A DNA stretch of 55,265 nt from Thermodesulfobacteriota bacterium (GTDB lineage: Bacteria > Desulfobacterota > GWC2-55-46 > JADFVP01): positions 1-55,265 of the forward strand of contig JBHHUP010000004.1 in NCBI GenBank assembly GCA_046753845.1, given 5' to 3'. Position numbers and translations under genes: made by a program. Position 1 is the stretch's first letter; every line of letters begins with the position of its first letter. Positions 25,234-33,609 of the stretch are shown here, in pieces. The notes beneath the pieces are model-generated. The model did not search any database and was not told the origin of the DNA. It worked only from the letters and a program-made list of their open reading frames with translations.

Positions 25234-27471
25234 TTGAGAAACGCAGAGTACAACAAGAAAAACAGTAATGATTGCTCCGTCAAAGGACATATAGCGGCGC
25301 GCGTTCTGGTCTATGCTCTGGGTATCGTGATATTCGCGGGACTCTCTCTTACCCTTAAACCCGCTTTTGCCACAGTAGCCGCCACAAAACACAACTTCGG
25401 CATCTTTTCGGGAGCCGCGATAAAAACGGGCTCTACTACAAGGGTATGCGTCTTCTGCCATGCCCCTCATAATACCAGCCCCTCGGGGCCCATGTGGAAC
25501 AGAGAGGACTCAGGCGCTACTTATAATATCTATCAGAGCGAGACCATAGTGGCTACCATGGGCCAGCCTACGGGTTCATCAAAGCTCTGCCTCTCCTGTC
25601 ACGACGGCACTATAGCCATTGGCTCACTTAAGAACGTTACCGGTGTTGTAGGCCCTTATACCCTGCCTGTTACAGGCCCGGGGGTAGCGGGCGCAGGCCC
25701 CGATGCCGGTAAACTTACATCTGTCTCTACGGCTTTTATAGGCACAGACCTTCGAGACGACCACCCGCTCTCTTTTGATTATGCACTCTCCTATCCTGCC
25801 AACCTGGAGATTAAGGCCGATACGGCCCTACCGGCGGCGGTAAAGCTGGATAAGAACAACATGGTGCAGTGCACAAGCTGCCATGATCCCCACGGCACCA
25901 TATATCCGGCCTTTATGGTAACGAGCCTTGAGAACGGCGTACTCTGTGAAGCCTGTCATACGAAGAGATACTGGGGGGCGGGTTCGGCACACAGGGACTC
26001 GCTGGCGGTATGGAACCAGACGGGTGAGAATCCCTACCATCTGGATATGGGAGCGGCGGGTTTTGCCGATGATACACCGCAGATGCAGAGCTGTCTTGCC
26101 TGCCATCGCTCCCATGGCGGCGTGGCGGCCAAAAGCCTTCTGAAGGGTACGGACCCTGTGAGCTCAACCATGGTGGCTGAGGAGTGGACATGCCTAAACT
26201 GCCATAACGGCAATGTGGCGGGCAAGGATATAAATGCTCTTTTCGCAAAGATCTCAAAACACGATGTAAAGGGCGTAAGCGGAGCTCATATACCTTCAAG
26301 GGACCCTGTGGCTCCCGGCGACCCGGCGCGGGAAACGGCGGCTAATATTAATTTTACCCGCCACGCTGAGTGCTCGGATTGTCACAACCCCCACGGAGTC
26401 CAGGCAGGCAACCACGCCGTAGGCGGTATCAACGGCAATGTTATCGGCCCCAACCTTCTGGGGTCATGGGGCGTTATGCCCACTATCTGGCCTCTTTCGG
26501 GCCCTGCTTTTTCCTATCAGGTTGTTGACTTTACCTCAACCCTTCCCGGCGGGGATAACCTCGAGGGCTACCTCTGCATTAAGTGCCATTCTTATTACGC
26601 ATACTCGACGATTCCCCCCAACGTGCCATCGGGTGACCCCAACAGCGGCGGTATAGTGAGGCAATCGGATCCCACGGATGACTTTAATATAAATAACAAG
26701 GGTTTTCATCCCGTTTTCGGCCAGGGGAAAAACCGGCCGCCCATCGGGGCCAACCCCAACTGGCCCAAGAACCTCGACGGATCACCTAACGGACTTGGCC
26801 TTACCAATACCTTCAGTTATGTGGAGCCTACTTCATTGCCGAGGACCGGTTTTTATAATTTTAAGCATGACTCCACTATGACCTGTACGGATTGCCATGG
26901 CCCTGACCGCACTTCTCTGTTGGGCCCATTAGATCCTCAGGGGCCTCATGGATCGAATAACAAGTGGATCCTCAGAAGCAATGAGACGGGCGTAGGTACT
27001 CTTGGGAACTTCTGTTACAATTGTCACAGGCGCGATGTATACGGAGATGAAGGTTTTGTGGGGCCGCAGGCTAATTTTTCAAGGGTTCCACATCCGGTGG
27101 ACGGCCTGGGCACGGCCTCTCCCTTTTATACTCTGGGTGCTGGTACGGGTAATGACAGCAATTACTTTGGAAACCTCTGCCTCACATGTCACGGCGGCGG
27201 TTTTGATACCCTCAATACTATGATGAAGGGCATTCACGGAAGCAACGCTCCGGCCGGTGTCGTGGCGGGCTCAAGTCCTCTTGGCTACAGGCTTATGAAC
27301 GGGGCCTGCATGGAGTCTTATGTGCCGGCTACGCCATTTGCCGGCGCCCAGCTTTACTTCAGGACAGTTGACACGGCGCTGGACAAGGTCTGCAAACATA
27401 ATTTTGCTGATATTCTCACTGGAGTTACGGCTACTTACAGCTGTAATACCGTTGCTGACTGTTCCAATTAG
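25234..27471 (+). CDS. Secreted undecahaem c-type cytochrome
   Basis: 11 CxxCH motifs, several as CxxCH(D/N/A)PH(G/N), which is the doubled-CXXCH style common in Geobacter-type cytochromes. In-frame TTG 25234 lies 5 nt after GGAGG (25224-25228) and gives a plausible signal peptide ending ..KPAFA/TVA. The track start, GTG 25189, is less likely. Confidence 0.85.
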   Translation: MRNAEYNKKNSNDCSVKGHIAARVLVYALGIVIFAGLSLTLKPAFATVAATKHNFGIFSGAAIKTGSTTRVCVFCHAPHNTSPSGPMWNREDSGATYNIYQSETIVATMGQPTGSSKLCLSCHDGTIAIGSLKNVTGVVGPYTLPVTGPGVAGAGPDAGKLTSVSTAFIGTDLRDDHPLSFDYALSYPANLEIKADTALPAAVKLDKNNMVQCTSCHDPHGTIYPAFMVTSLENGVLCEACHTKRYWGAGSAHRDSLAVWNQTGENPYHLDMGAAGFADDTPQMQSCLACHRSHGGVAAKSLLKGTDPVSSTMVAEEWTCLNCHNGNVAGKDINALFAKISKHDVKGVSGAHIPSRDPVAPGDPARETAANINFTRHAECSDCHNPHGVQAGNHAVGGINGNVIGPNLLGSWGVMPTIWPLSGPAFSYQVVDFTSTLPGGDNLEGYLCIKCHSYYAYSTIPPNVPSGDPNSGGIVRQSDPTDDFNINNKGFHPVFGQGKNRPPIGANPNWPKNLDGSPNGLGLTNTFSYVEPTSLPRTGFYNFKHDSTMTCTDCHGPDRTSLLGPLDPQGPHGSNNKWILRSNETGVGTLGNFCYNCHRRDVYGDEGFVGPQANFSRVPHPVDGLGTASPFYTLGAGTGNDSNYFGNLCLTCHGGGFDTLNTMMKGIHGSNAPAGVVAGSSPLGYRLMNGACMESYVPATPFAGAQLYFRTVDTALDKVCKHNFADILTGVTATYSCNTVADCSN

Positions 27472-27621
27472 AGAGGGGGCCGCCCTGTGGGCGGCCTTCA
27501 TTATATTGATGGGCGTGAGGAGAATGTCGAGCGAGAGATTACGGATGGACGCGGGATTACCGGCGGGCACGCGGAGCAAGACAAGATTACGGGCAGGCAG
27601 TCTTCGGGAGGGTGTGAAGTT

Positions 27622-28038
27622 ATGGTCCTAAGTACGGGCAGGTCTCTAAGGGCGGGGTTTCTTGCGGCTGTATTCGCTCTTGTCTTTTTGTTTGTTTCCG
27701 GGCCGGCCGCTCCGGGTGAGGTACGGGCCGCTAATCCCCATGATTGGCATGATAAAGGACAGTGCGCGACTTGCCACGAAAGCGCCATGCCCGCGCTGAA
27801 ATTTGATAGCGTAACGGTATGCACGCACTGCCATGACGGTTATATTGAAAATCATCCCGTGACAAAACACCCCATAGGCAAGAGGCCGGGGATAAACATA
27901 AGCAGGCGTATGCCCCTTGACTCGGGCGGAAAACTTGTCTGCTACACCTGTCACGATATGCACAACAGGTCTGATTACCCTAATATGCTGAGGATAGACT
28001 ATCTGCGGCTATGCTCGGCCTGTCACAGAGGTTATTGA
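27622..28038 (+). CDS. Small tetrahaem c-type cytochrome with N-terminal hydrophobic helix
   Basis: 4 CxxCH motifs (CATCH, CTHCH, CYTCH, CSACH) in about 139 aa. ATG 27622 is preceded by GGGAGGGTG. The 45 aa upstream in the track ORF are hydrophilic and lie ahead of the signal/anchor sequence. Confidence 0.8.
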   Translation: MVLSTGRSLRAGFLAAVFALVFLFVSGPAAPGEVRAANPHDWHDKGQCATCHESAMPALKFDSVTVCTHCHDGYIENHPVTKHPIGKRPGINISRRMPLDSGGKLVCYTCHDMHNRSDYPNMLRIDYLRLCSACHRGY

Positions 28039-29006
28039 TGAAATTCTTTTATGGAGGTCTTTTTATATTGAAGCGCTCTCATGTCAATATCTTGGCGGCG
28101 GTCCTTGTTCTTATGGCCGCGGTTCTTTTAACCGATACTCTTACCGCGGCTGCGGCAGGGTCAGAGAACTCTCCCGGCAAGGGGTATTATAAGACGGCGC
28201 CTCCTTCCTGGTACGGCTCTGTTGTGATGAAGAAAAATATTAACAGAGGCGCCGAGGTGGCCCCTGTTGTCTTTAAACACTGGGTGCACAGAAGATTTTA
28301 TACCTGTAATGTCTGTCACGCGGATCTGGGGTTTGCATGGAAAGCCGGCGGTACGGATATAAGGCATAGTGATATTGACGCTGGAAAAAAATGCGGAGCC
28401 TGTCATAACGGCGATCTCGCCTTTGGTCGGGAGAAGTGTAACCGCTGTCATTCCTACGGGCGCAGGGTTGCGGAAAACTCCCGTCTTAAGTACGCACTCA
28501 AGGATTTTCCCGCCGATGATTTCGGGAATAAGATTGATTGGGTTAAGGCCCTTCATGAGGATAAGATAACTCCGCAGGTTTCTCTTGGCGGTAAGGGCAA
28601 GCTCACTTCCCTCGATAAAGACGTACTTCTTCCGGCATACAGCCGTGCGAGATACGCCCCTTCCACGCCTGATGTAATGTTCCCGCATAAGTCCCATACC
28701 GAGATACTCGACTGTGCCGCATGCCACCCGGCTCGTTTTAAGCCTAAAAAGGGCGGCAACCCCGAGATGGATATGATGAAGATTATAAACGGAGAGTACT
28801 GCGGTGCCTGTCACGGCAAAGTGGCTTTTCCTCTTGAGAATTGTTTCCGCTGTCACTCCGTAGAGCGCGCTGTCCCTGATTGGATTACCGGCGCGGACGT
28901 CGCGAAAGAGAAGGCCGAGAAGGAAAAGGCCAAGAAGAAGGCGAAAGAAGAGGCGGAAAAGAGGAAAAAGAAAAAGAAGAAAAAAAGGAGAACAACTCTC
29001 TTTTAG
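28038..29006 (+). CDS. Hexahaem cytochrome built from two c7/c3-type trihaem domains, with a poly-Lys C-terminal tail
   Basis: 6 CxxCH in two similar units (FKHWVH..CNVCH..CGACHNG.LAF...CNRCH and FPHKSH..CAACH..CGACHGKVAFP..CFRCH). The signal peptide is MKFFYGGLFILKRSHVNILAAVLVLMAAVLL. ATG 28038 overlaps the upstream TGA by 1 nt. The C-terminus ends KRKKKKKKKRRTTLF. Confidence 0.85.
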   Translation: MKFFYGGLFILKRSHVNILAAVLVLMAAVLLTDTLTAAAAGSENSPGKGYYKTAPPSWYGSVVMKKNINRGAEVAPVVFKHWVHRRFYTCNVCHADLGFAWKAGGTDIRHSDIDAGKKCGACHNGDLAFGREKCNRCHSYGRRVAENSRLKYALKDFPADDFGNKIDWVKALHEDKITPQVSLGGKGKLTSLDKDVLLPAYSRARYAPSTPDVMFPHKSHTEILDCAACHPARFKPKKGGNPEMDMMKIINGEYCGACHGKVAFPLENCFRCHSVERAVPDWITGADVAKEKAEKEKAKKKAKEEAEKRKKKKKKKRRTTLF

Positions 29007-29094
29007 CCTTACCGCATAGCCCATTTATCCAGCGGGGGGGCTCTGCCGGCAGGGCCCTCTGTCACGGGGCGGTAAAGTATGGTAATATAGGGTC

Positions 29095-31704
29095 ATGGAA
29101 GTTATCTCCGCCCATACGAACGCGGACTTTGATACCCTTGCCTCGATGGTAGCCGCCCAGAAGCTATATCCGCAAGCCAGGCTCGTCTTTCCGGGCTCCC
29201 TTGAGAAGACACTTAAGGAGGCCCTCTCCACCGCTAATCTGAACCTTCGATTTTATAAGATTAAAGAGATAGATCTCGCCCTTGTTACACGCCTCATACT
29301 CGTTGATGTTAGAAACCCCGCGAGGATAGGTAAATTCGCATCCATAACGCGCCGCGCCGGCCTTGAGATTCATATCTACGACCATCACCGCGCGGGAGAA
29401 GGAGATCTCTCGGGAGTGGTAGAGGTGGTCAAAGACTACGGTTCTACGACTACGGTGCTTATAGAGTTACTAAGAGAGCGTGGGCTCCACGTCTCATCGG
29501 CCGAGGCCACGGTAATGATGGCAGGCATCTACGAGGACACGGGCTCGCTTACCTATCCCTCTACTACCGTTAATGACCTTACAGCCGCGGCCTTTCTCCT
29601 TGAATCGGGCGCCGACCTCTCGGCCGTATCGGATATGCTCTTAAGAGAGCTTACCGCCGGCGAGGTCTCCTTTCTTAACGAACTCCTGCAGAACGAGAGC
29701 ACCGTTACATTCGGTGGCCGTGATATAGTCATTGCCGAGGGCACCTTTACGGAGCACAGCGGTGATATCTCCATGCTGGCCCATAAGATACGGGACATAG
29801 AGGGCATGGAGTCCCTCTTTATGCTCGTGGACTCGGGCGACAGGGTGCACGTGGTGGCAAGAAGCAAGGCCACAGGCGTAGACGTAGGCCTGATATTAAA
29901 GACTATCGGCGGCGGAGGCCATGCGCATGCGGCCTCGGCAACTCTAAAGGGCTGCACCCTTATAGAGGCCAGAGAGACCCTGATAGGGGCCCTTAAAAAG
30001 GGTGTTCTTCCTGCTGAGACGGCAGAGGATATTATGAGTTTTCCGCCTATTACGCTTGGCTCTGATGTGACTCTGCAGCAGGCATCCGCCGTACTTGGAA
30101 GATACAATATCAATGCCGTTCCCGTAGTGGAAGGGGGGGGGTTCAGCGGGGTGATTACGAGACAGACTATCGGCAAGGCCGTGTACCACGGTCTCGGCAA
30201 GGAGTGTATCGGTGACTTTATGAGCATTGATATTAAGTGCGTAGAGCCTCATACCTCAGTTGATGAGATAAGGGAGATGTTTATCTCTCATGGCCAGAGG
30301 CTTATACCTGTTGTAAAGGGCCATGAGGTTAGAGGTGTTATTACAAGAACGGATATCCTGCGGCTGCTGCAAAAGGACGCTGCAGAGGAGCATGGCACGG
30401 GGCCAAGGGTTAAGGTTATCTCGAAACTTATGCGCGACAGGCTGCCCCCGTGGCTTATGGAGAGACTGGCCTCTCTTGGCGCCGTTGCCGAGGCCCTTAA
30501 CTGCAGGGCCTATGTGGTCGGGGGGTTTGTAAGAGACCTCATACTTAAGAGAGATAACCTTGACGTGGATATAGTCATCGAGCACGGCGACGCCATAACC
30601 TTCGCCCGCCGCTACGCGGAGGAGAATAACCTGAAGGTGCGCTCGCATAAGAGGTTCAAGACGGCGGTGCTTATCTTTTCCGATGGTTTCAAGGTAGACG
30701 TGGCCACGGCCCGCCTTGAGTACTATGAGAGCCCCGGGGCTCTGCCAACGGTTGAGCAGTCATCCCTTAAGCTTGATATATACAGGCGGGATTTTATCAT
30801 CAATACCCTTGCCGTTGAGCTCAACCCCCCCTCTTTTGGCAGTCTTATAGATTTTTTTGGCGGGCAGAGGGATATAAAGGAGAAAAAAATAAGGGTCCTT
30901 CATAACCTGAGCTTTATCGAGGATCCCACGCGCGCCTTCAGGGCGGTGAGGTTTGCCGTGAAGTTCGGCTTTACCATTGAGCCTCATACTCGAAACCTTA
31001 TTAAAAAGGCCGTCAGGCTCGAGGTCTTTAAGCACCTCTCGGGGCCGCGTATCCTCGAGGAACTGCGAAGCATCCTTGAAGAGGAGAGTGCCTGTACGGC
31101 CATAAAGGCCCTAAGTGAGTTTGGGCTGCTCTCACTCGTAGAGGGGGAGATTACCTTTGATGCTGAAGGGGAGGCCTTTTTCGAGAGGTGTAAGGAGGTG
31201 CTGGGCTGGTACAGGCTCCTCTATACAGGAGTCGAGGTCACGGGTTGGCTTGTGCTTTTTCTGGCCTTGACGGACAAGCTGAGCGAGGAGAAGGTAAGGG
31301 ATATTATGGCAAGGCTCTCTATGGTTGATAAGAAAACAATGGATATAATCCCGGCGAGAAGGTTCTACATGAAGGCCCTGAAGTCTCTGGGCTCCCCCTG
31401 CCGCCCGAGCAATAGTGAGCTCTACTCCTTGCTTGCCCCGCTGCCTATTGAAGGTATCCTTTATATGATGGCAAAGACAGAAGAAGAGGATACCAAGAAG
31501 GCACTCTCCACTTACATTACCCGGTTAAGGGGGGTTACTACTGAGCTTACAGGCAGGGACCTTATGGCGCTCGGGGTCCCGGAGGGCCCGCAGATAGGGC
31601 GCACCCTGCTCTCTATTCTTTTGCTAAAGCTTGACGGAAAGATATCGGGTAAAGATGAGGAGATTGCCTTTGTAGAGCAGTCTCTAAAAGAGGCTGCAGG
31701 GTAG
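29095..31704 (+). CDS. cca: Multidomain DHH/DHHA1 phosphoesterase - CBS pair - tRNA nucleotidyltransferase (CCA-adding / poly(A) polymerase family) protein
   Basis: 869 aa. DHH motifs (HTNADFDTLAS, IYDHHR, GGGGHAHAAS) are followed by a tandem CBS region. The nucleotidyltransferase head GGFVRDLILKRDNLDVDIV and the RRDFIINTLA motif of the tRNA NTase family come next. Confidence 0.85.
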   Translation: MEVISAHTNADFDTLASMVAAQKLYPQARLVFPGSLEKTLKEALSTANLNLRFYKIKEIDLALVTRLILVDVRNPARIGKFASITRRAGLEIHIYDHHRAGEGDLSGVVEVVKDYGSTTTVLIELLRERGLHVSSAEATVMMAGIYEDTGSLTYPSTTVNDLTAAAFLLESGADLSAVSDMLLRELTAGEVSFLNELLQNESTVTFGGRDIVIAEGTFTEHSGDISMLAHKIRDIEGMESLFMLVDSGDRVHVVARSKATGVDVGLILKTIGGGGHAHAASATLKGCTLIEARETLIGALKKGVLPAETAEDIMSFPPITLGSDVTLQQASAVLGRYNINAVPVVEGGGFSGVITRQTIGKAVYHGLGKECIGDFMSIDIKCVEPHTSVDEIREMFISHGQRLIPVVKGHEVRGVITRTDILRLLQKDAAEEHGTGPRVKVISKLMRDRLPPWLMERLASLGAVAEALNCRAYVVGGFVRDLILKRDNLDVDIVIEHGDAITFARRYAEENNLKVRSHKRFKTAVLIFSDGFKVDVATARLEYYESPGALPTVEQSSLKLDIYRRDFIINTLAVELNPPSFGSLIDFFGGQRDIKEKKIRVLHNLSFIEDPTRAFRAVRFAVKFGFTIEPHTRNLIKKAVRLEVFKHLSGPRILEELRSILEEESACTAIKALSEFGLLSLVEGEITFDAEGEAFFERCKEVLGWYRLLYTGVEVTGWLVLFLALTDKLSEEKVRDIMARLSMVDKKTMDIIPARRFYMKALKSLGSPCRPSNSELYSLLAPLPIEGILYMMAKTEEEDTKKALSTYITRLRGVTTELTGRDLMALGVPEGPQIGRTLLSILLLKLDGKISGKDEEIAFVEQSLKEAAG

Positions 31705-31875
31705 GTTTTTTCTTTACTATACAAAAACCGGCTATCTCTCTATTCTTACCCCGGCCCACCCCTTTTTTTTACTCTCTTTTTATCGTGCCTCACCCTGCTT
31801 ATTCTCTCTTAATCTACCCTTTCTTGCTTTTCGCGCTAAATCCTTCTCTTAATGATGGAGCCGTACTTAAAGACC

Positions 31876-31905
31876 TTGACAAGAAGGAGTGTATTTGAAT
31901 AAAAT
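31876..31905 (+). promoter_or_regulatory. Sigma70-type promoter upstream of tRNA(CAT)
   Basis: TTGACA (31876-31881) - 18 nt - TAAAAT (31900-31905), about 100 nt upstream of the tRNA 5' end. Confidence 0.4.
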
Positions 31906-32006
31906 GATAACTTAATTGAACACGCTATTATATTCGGCCGTTATATCTCGTAAAGGGCTATAAACCTTTTGCGTTAAGGGCCTTTATCTGTACAGTCCTT
32001 GTAGCG

Positions 32007-32082
32007 GGGCCCATAGCTCAGTTGGAAGAGCCACCGGCTCATAACCGGTCGGTCCCAGGTTCGAGTCCTGGTGGGCCCACCA
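32007..32082 (+). tRNA. tRNA with CAT anticodon: elongator tRNA-Met or lysidine-dependent tRNA-Ile2
   Basis: GGGCCCATAGCTCAGTTGGAAGAGCCACCGGCTCATAACCGGTCGGTCCCAGGTTCGAGTCCTGGTGGGCCCACCA folds by hand into a 76-nt cloverleaf. It is not an initiator: 1:72 is G:C and the anticodon stem lacks the three G:C pairs. The acceptor pairs C4:G69 and C5:G68 resemble E. coli tRNA-Ile2, so Ile2 is slightly favoured. Confidence 0.9.
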
Positions 32083-32132
32083 ATTACTCATTGGAGAAAT
32101 TTTTGTCAAGCCCTCTACTCATACTGGCAGGC

Positions 32133-32840
32133 ATGCAGAAGATAGACCTTGTTATTAAGGCTATGGATGATGAGGCAAAGGCTTATGAGAAGAAAATAAC
32201 GGAGTTTTCCACCAAGTTGGAGGGGGTGAAAGGCCTTATCGCCGATACCGATAAGGAGCTTGCGGATATCGCCGAAGTGCTTGGAGAGGTAGATCTTCGT
32301 ATCACCCAGTCCAATGAGAGGATTAAAAAAAACGAGGAGCGGATACGCTCTGTTAGCGGAAATAAGGAACTTAAGGCCCTTAATAAAGAGACGAGTACGG
32401 CAAGTAAGATAATCCGTCAGGCCGAGAAAGACGCCGCCGAGCTGAAGGCGCGCCGTGTTGAGCAGGGACTCCTTAAGGAGGCCAGAGAGCTTACCGCCGA
32501 GGGGATAAAGACCGAGATTGAGTCTTTGCGTGCTGAACTTGCCGAGAAGGGCGGGAGATGGCAGGATGAACTTGAGGGCAAGAAGGCGGAGCGCGCGGCC
32601 CTTCGGGCCGACCTCTCAGAGGGTATATATAATATCTACGAGAGGATACGGCTAAGCAAGGGCGGCACAGCCGTTGTGCCCCTGAGAAAAGAGGCCTGTC
32701 AGGGCTGTTTTATGCATGTTCCCACGCAGCTTTATGTAAAGCTCAAGCGCGGCGATGAAGAGATTATAATGTGCCCTCACTGCGACCGCATACTTTACGT
32801 TGAGGATCTCCCGGCCTCTGCAGAGGCCCCCTCGGCATGA
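32133..32840 (+). CDS. Coiled-coil protein with C-terminal C4 zinc ribbon (COG1579-type)
   Basis: A long heptad-rich region is followed by CQGCFMHVP...MCPHCDRILY. The start is moved to ATG 32133 because the track ORF (32022) runs through the tRNA gene. Confidence 0.75.
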   Translation: MQKIDLVIKAMDDEAKAYEKKITEFSTKLEGVKGLIADTDKELADIAEVLGEVDLRITQSNERIKKNEERIRSVSGNKELKALNKETSTASKIIRQAEKDAAELKARRVEQGLLKEARELTAEGIKTEIESLRAELAEKGGRWQDELEGKKAERAALRADLSEGIYNIYERIRLSKGGTAVVPLRKEACQGCFMHVPTQLYVKLKRGDEEIIMCPHCDRILYVEDLPASAEAPSA

Positions 32841-33457
32841 GTGAAAAGAGCAGGGCCCTGCCATCTGGAGAGTCTCTCCTTAGCTCTCTGGCGAAGACCC
32901 TTGATCTGGAAAAATCCATTAAAGAATTAAATATCTCAAAGGCCGAGGCAGGGAAAATCCTTAAAGGGGTATGTATAACCTTGAGGGCACTCCCCCGAAG
33001 TGCTCCCATGCCCGGCGCTCCGCTTGTGAAAAAAGCCCCCTCGCCCTCAAAGGGCAAGTCCTATGAGCTTTATGTGGACGGCGGATCTCGCGGCAACCCC
33101 GGCCCCTCAGGCGCCGGGGCTGTTATAATAGACCCCTCGGGGGTAGCTGTAAAGAGGCTTAAAAAGCGCCTTGGCAGAGGCACCAATAACAGGGCGGAGT
33201 ACATGGCCCTTATAATGGGCCTTAAGGCCGCCAGGGCCCTTGGCGTAGAGTTTATAAATATATTCGCCGATTCTGAGCTTATGGTGCGTCAGGTAAGCGG
33301 CAGGTATAAGGTGAAGAGTCCCATCTTAAAACCTCTTTACACCGAGGTCATGGCCCTCTTATCCTTATTCGCGGCGGTGAAGATAAGTCATATCCCCCGC
33401 GCCTCCAACAAGGAAGCCGACTCTCTTGCCAACGAGGCCATGGATGCGGCGCGATAA
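32837..33457 (+). CDS. rnhA: Ribonuclease H (RNase HI family) with ~75-aa N-terminal extension
   Basis: YVDGGSRGNPGPSGAGAVI, NNRAEYMALIMGL, ADSELMVRQV and NKEADSLAN supply the DEDD catalytic pattern. The ATG overlaps the upstream stop (ATGA). Confidence 0.8.
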   Translation: MSEKSRALPSGESLLSSLAKTLDLEKSIKELNISKAEAGKILKGVCITLRALPRSAPMPGAPLVKKAPSPSKGKSYELYVDGGSRGNPGPSGAGAVIIDPSGVAVKRLKKRLGRGTNNRAEYMALIMGLKAARALGVEFINIFADSELMVRQVSGRYKVKSPILKPLYTEVMALLSLFAAVKISHIPRASNKEADSLANEAMDAAR

Positions 33458-33609
33458 GGCCCCGCGCGGTCTCTCTTTTCTTTCATCTGCCCCGGATATT
33501 ATCTTCTCTCTCTTCTACTTGATTTTTATACTCATTTCAGCGTATTATAAACCATTGATGTAAGGGGCTATGCCTGCTTTTTTTCTATGGAAGAGGCGGT
33601 TCCTTACCG

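Noticed and set aside
25123-25470. 115-aa - strand ORF in and around the spacer before the undecahaem cytochrome
   Set aside because: It overlaps the signal-peptide-coding 5' end of the cytochrome gene on the opposite strand and has no SD or motif, so it is likely spurious.
27487-27621. 45-codon N-terminal extension of the small tetrahaem cytochrome ORF, with similar extensions at 28011-28037, 23168-23230, 25189-25233 and 35564-35632
   Set aside because: The extensions place hydrophilic or odd sequence in front of an otherwise normal signal peptide. Internal starts have better SD sequences or produce stop/start overlaps.
28161-29024. 287-aa ORF on the - strand
   Set aside because: It is antisense to the hexahaem cytochrome, whose + strand frame contains six CxxCH motifs and a signal peptide. 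Its L/F-rich C-terminal part is just the complement of the poly-Lys/Glu purine tract.
32022-32132. N-terminal 37 codons of track ORF 32022-32840
   Set aside because: This part is the tRNA(CAT) gene read as protein (MEEPPAHNRSVPGSSPGGPT...). The real CDS most likely starts at ATG 32133.
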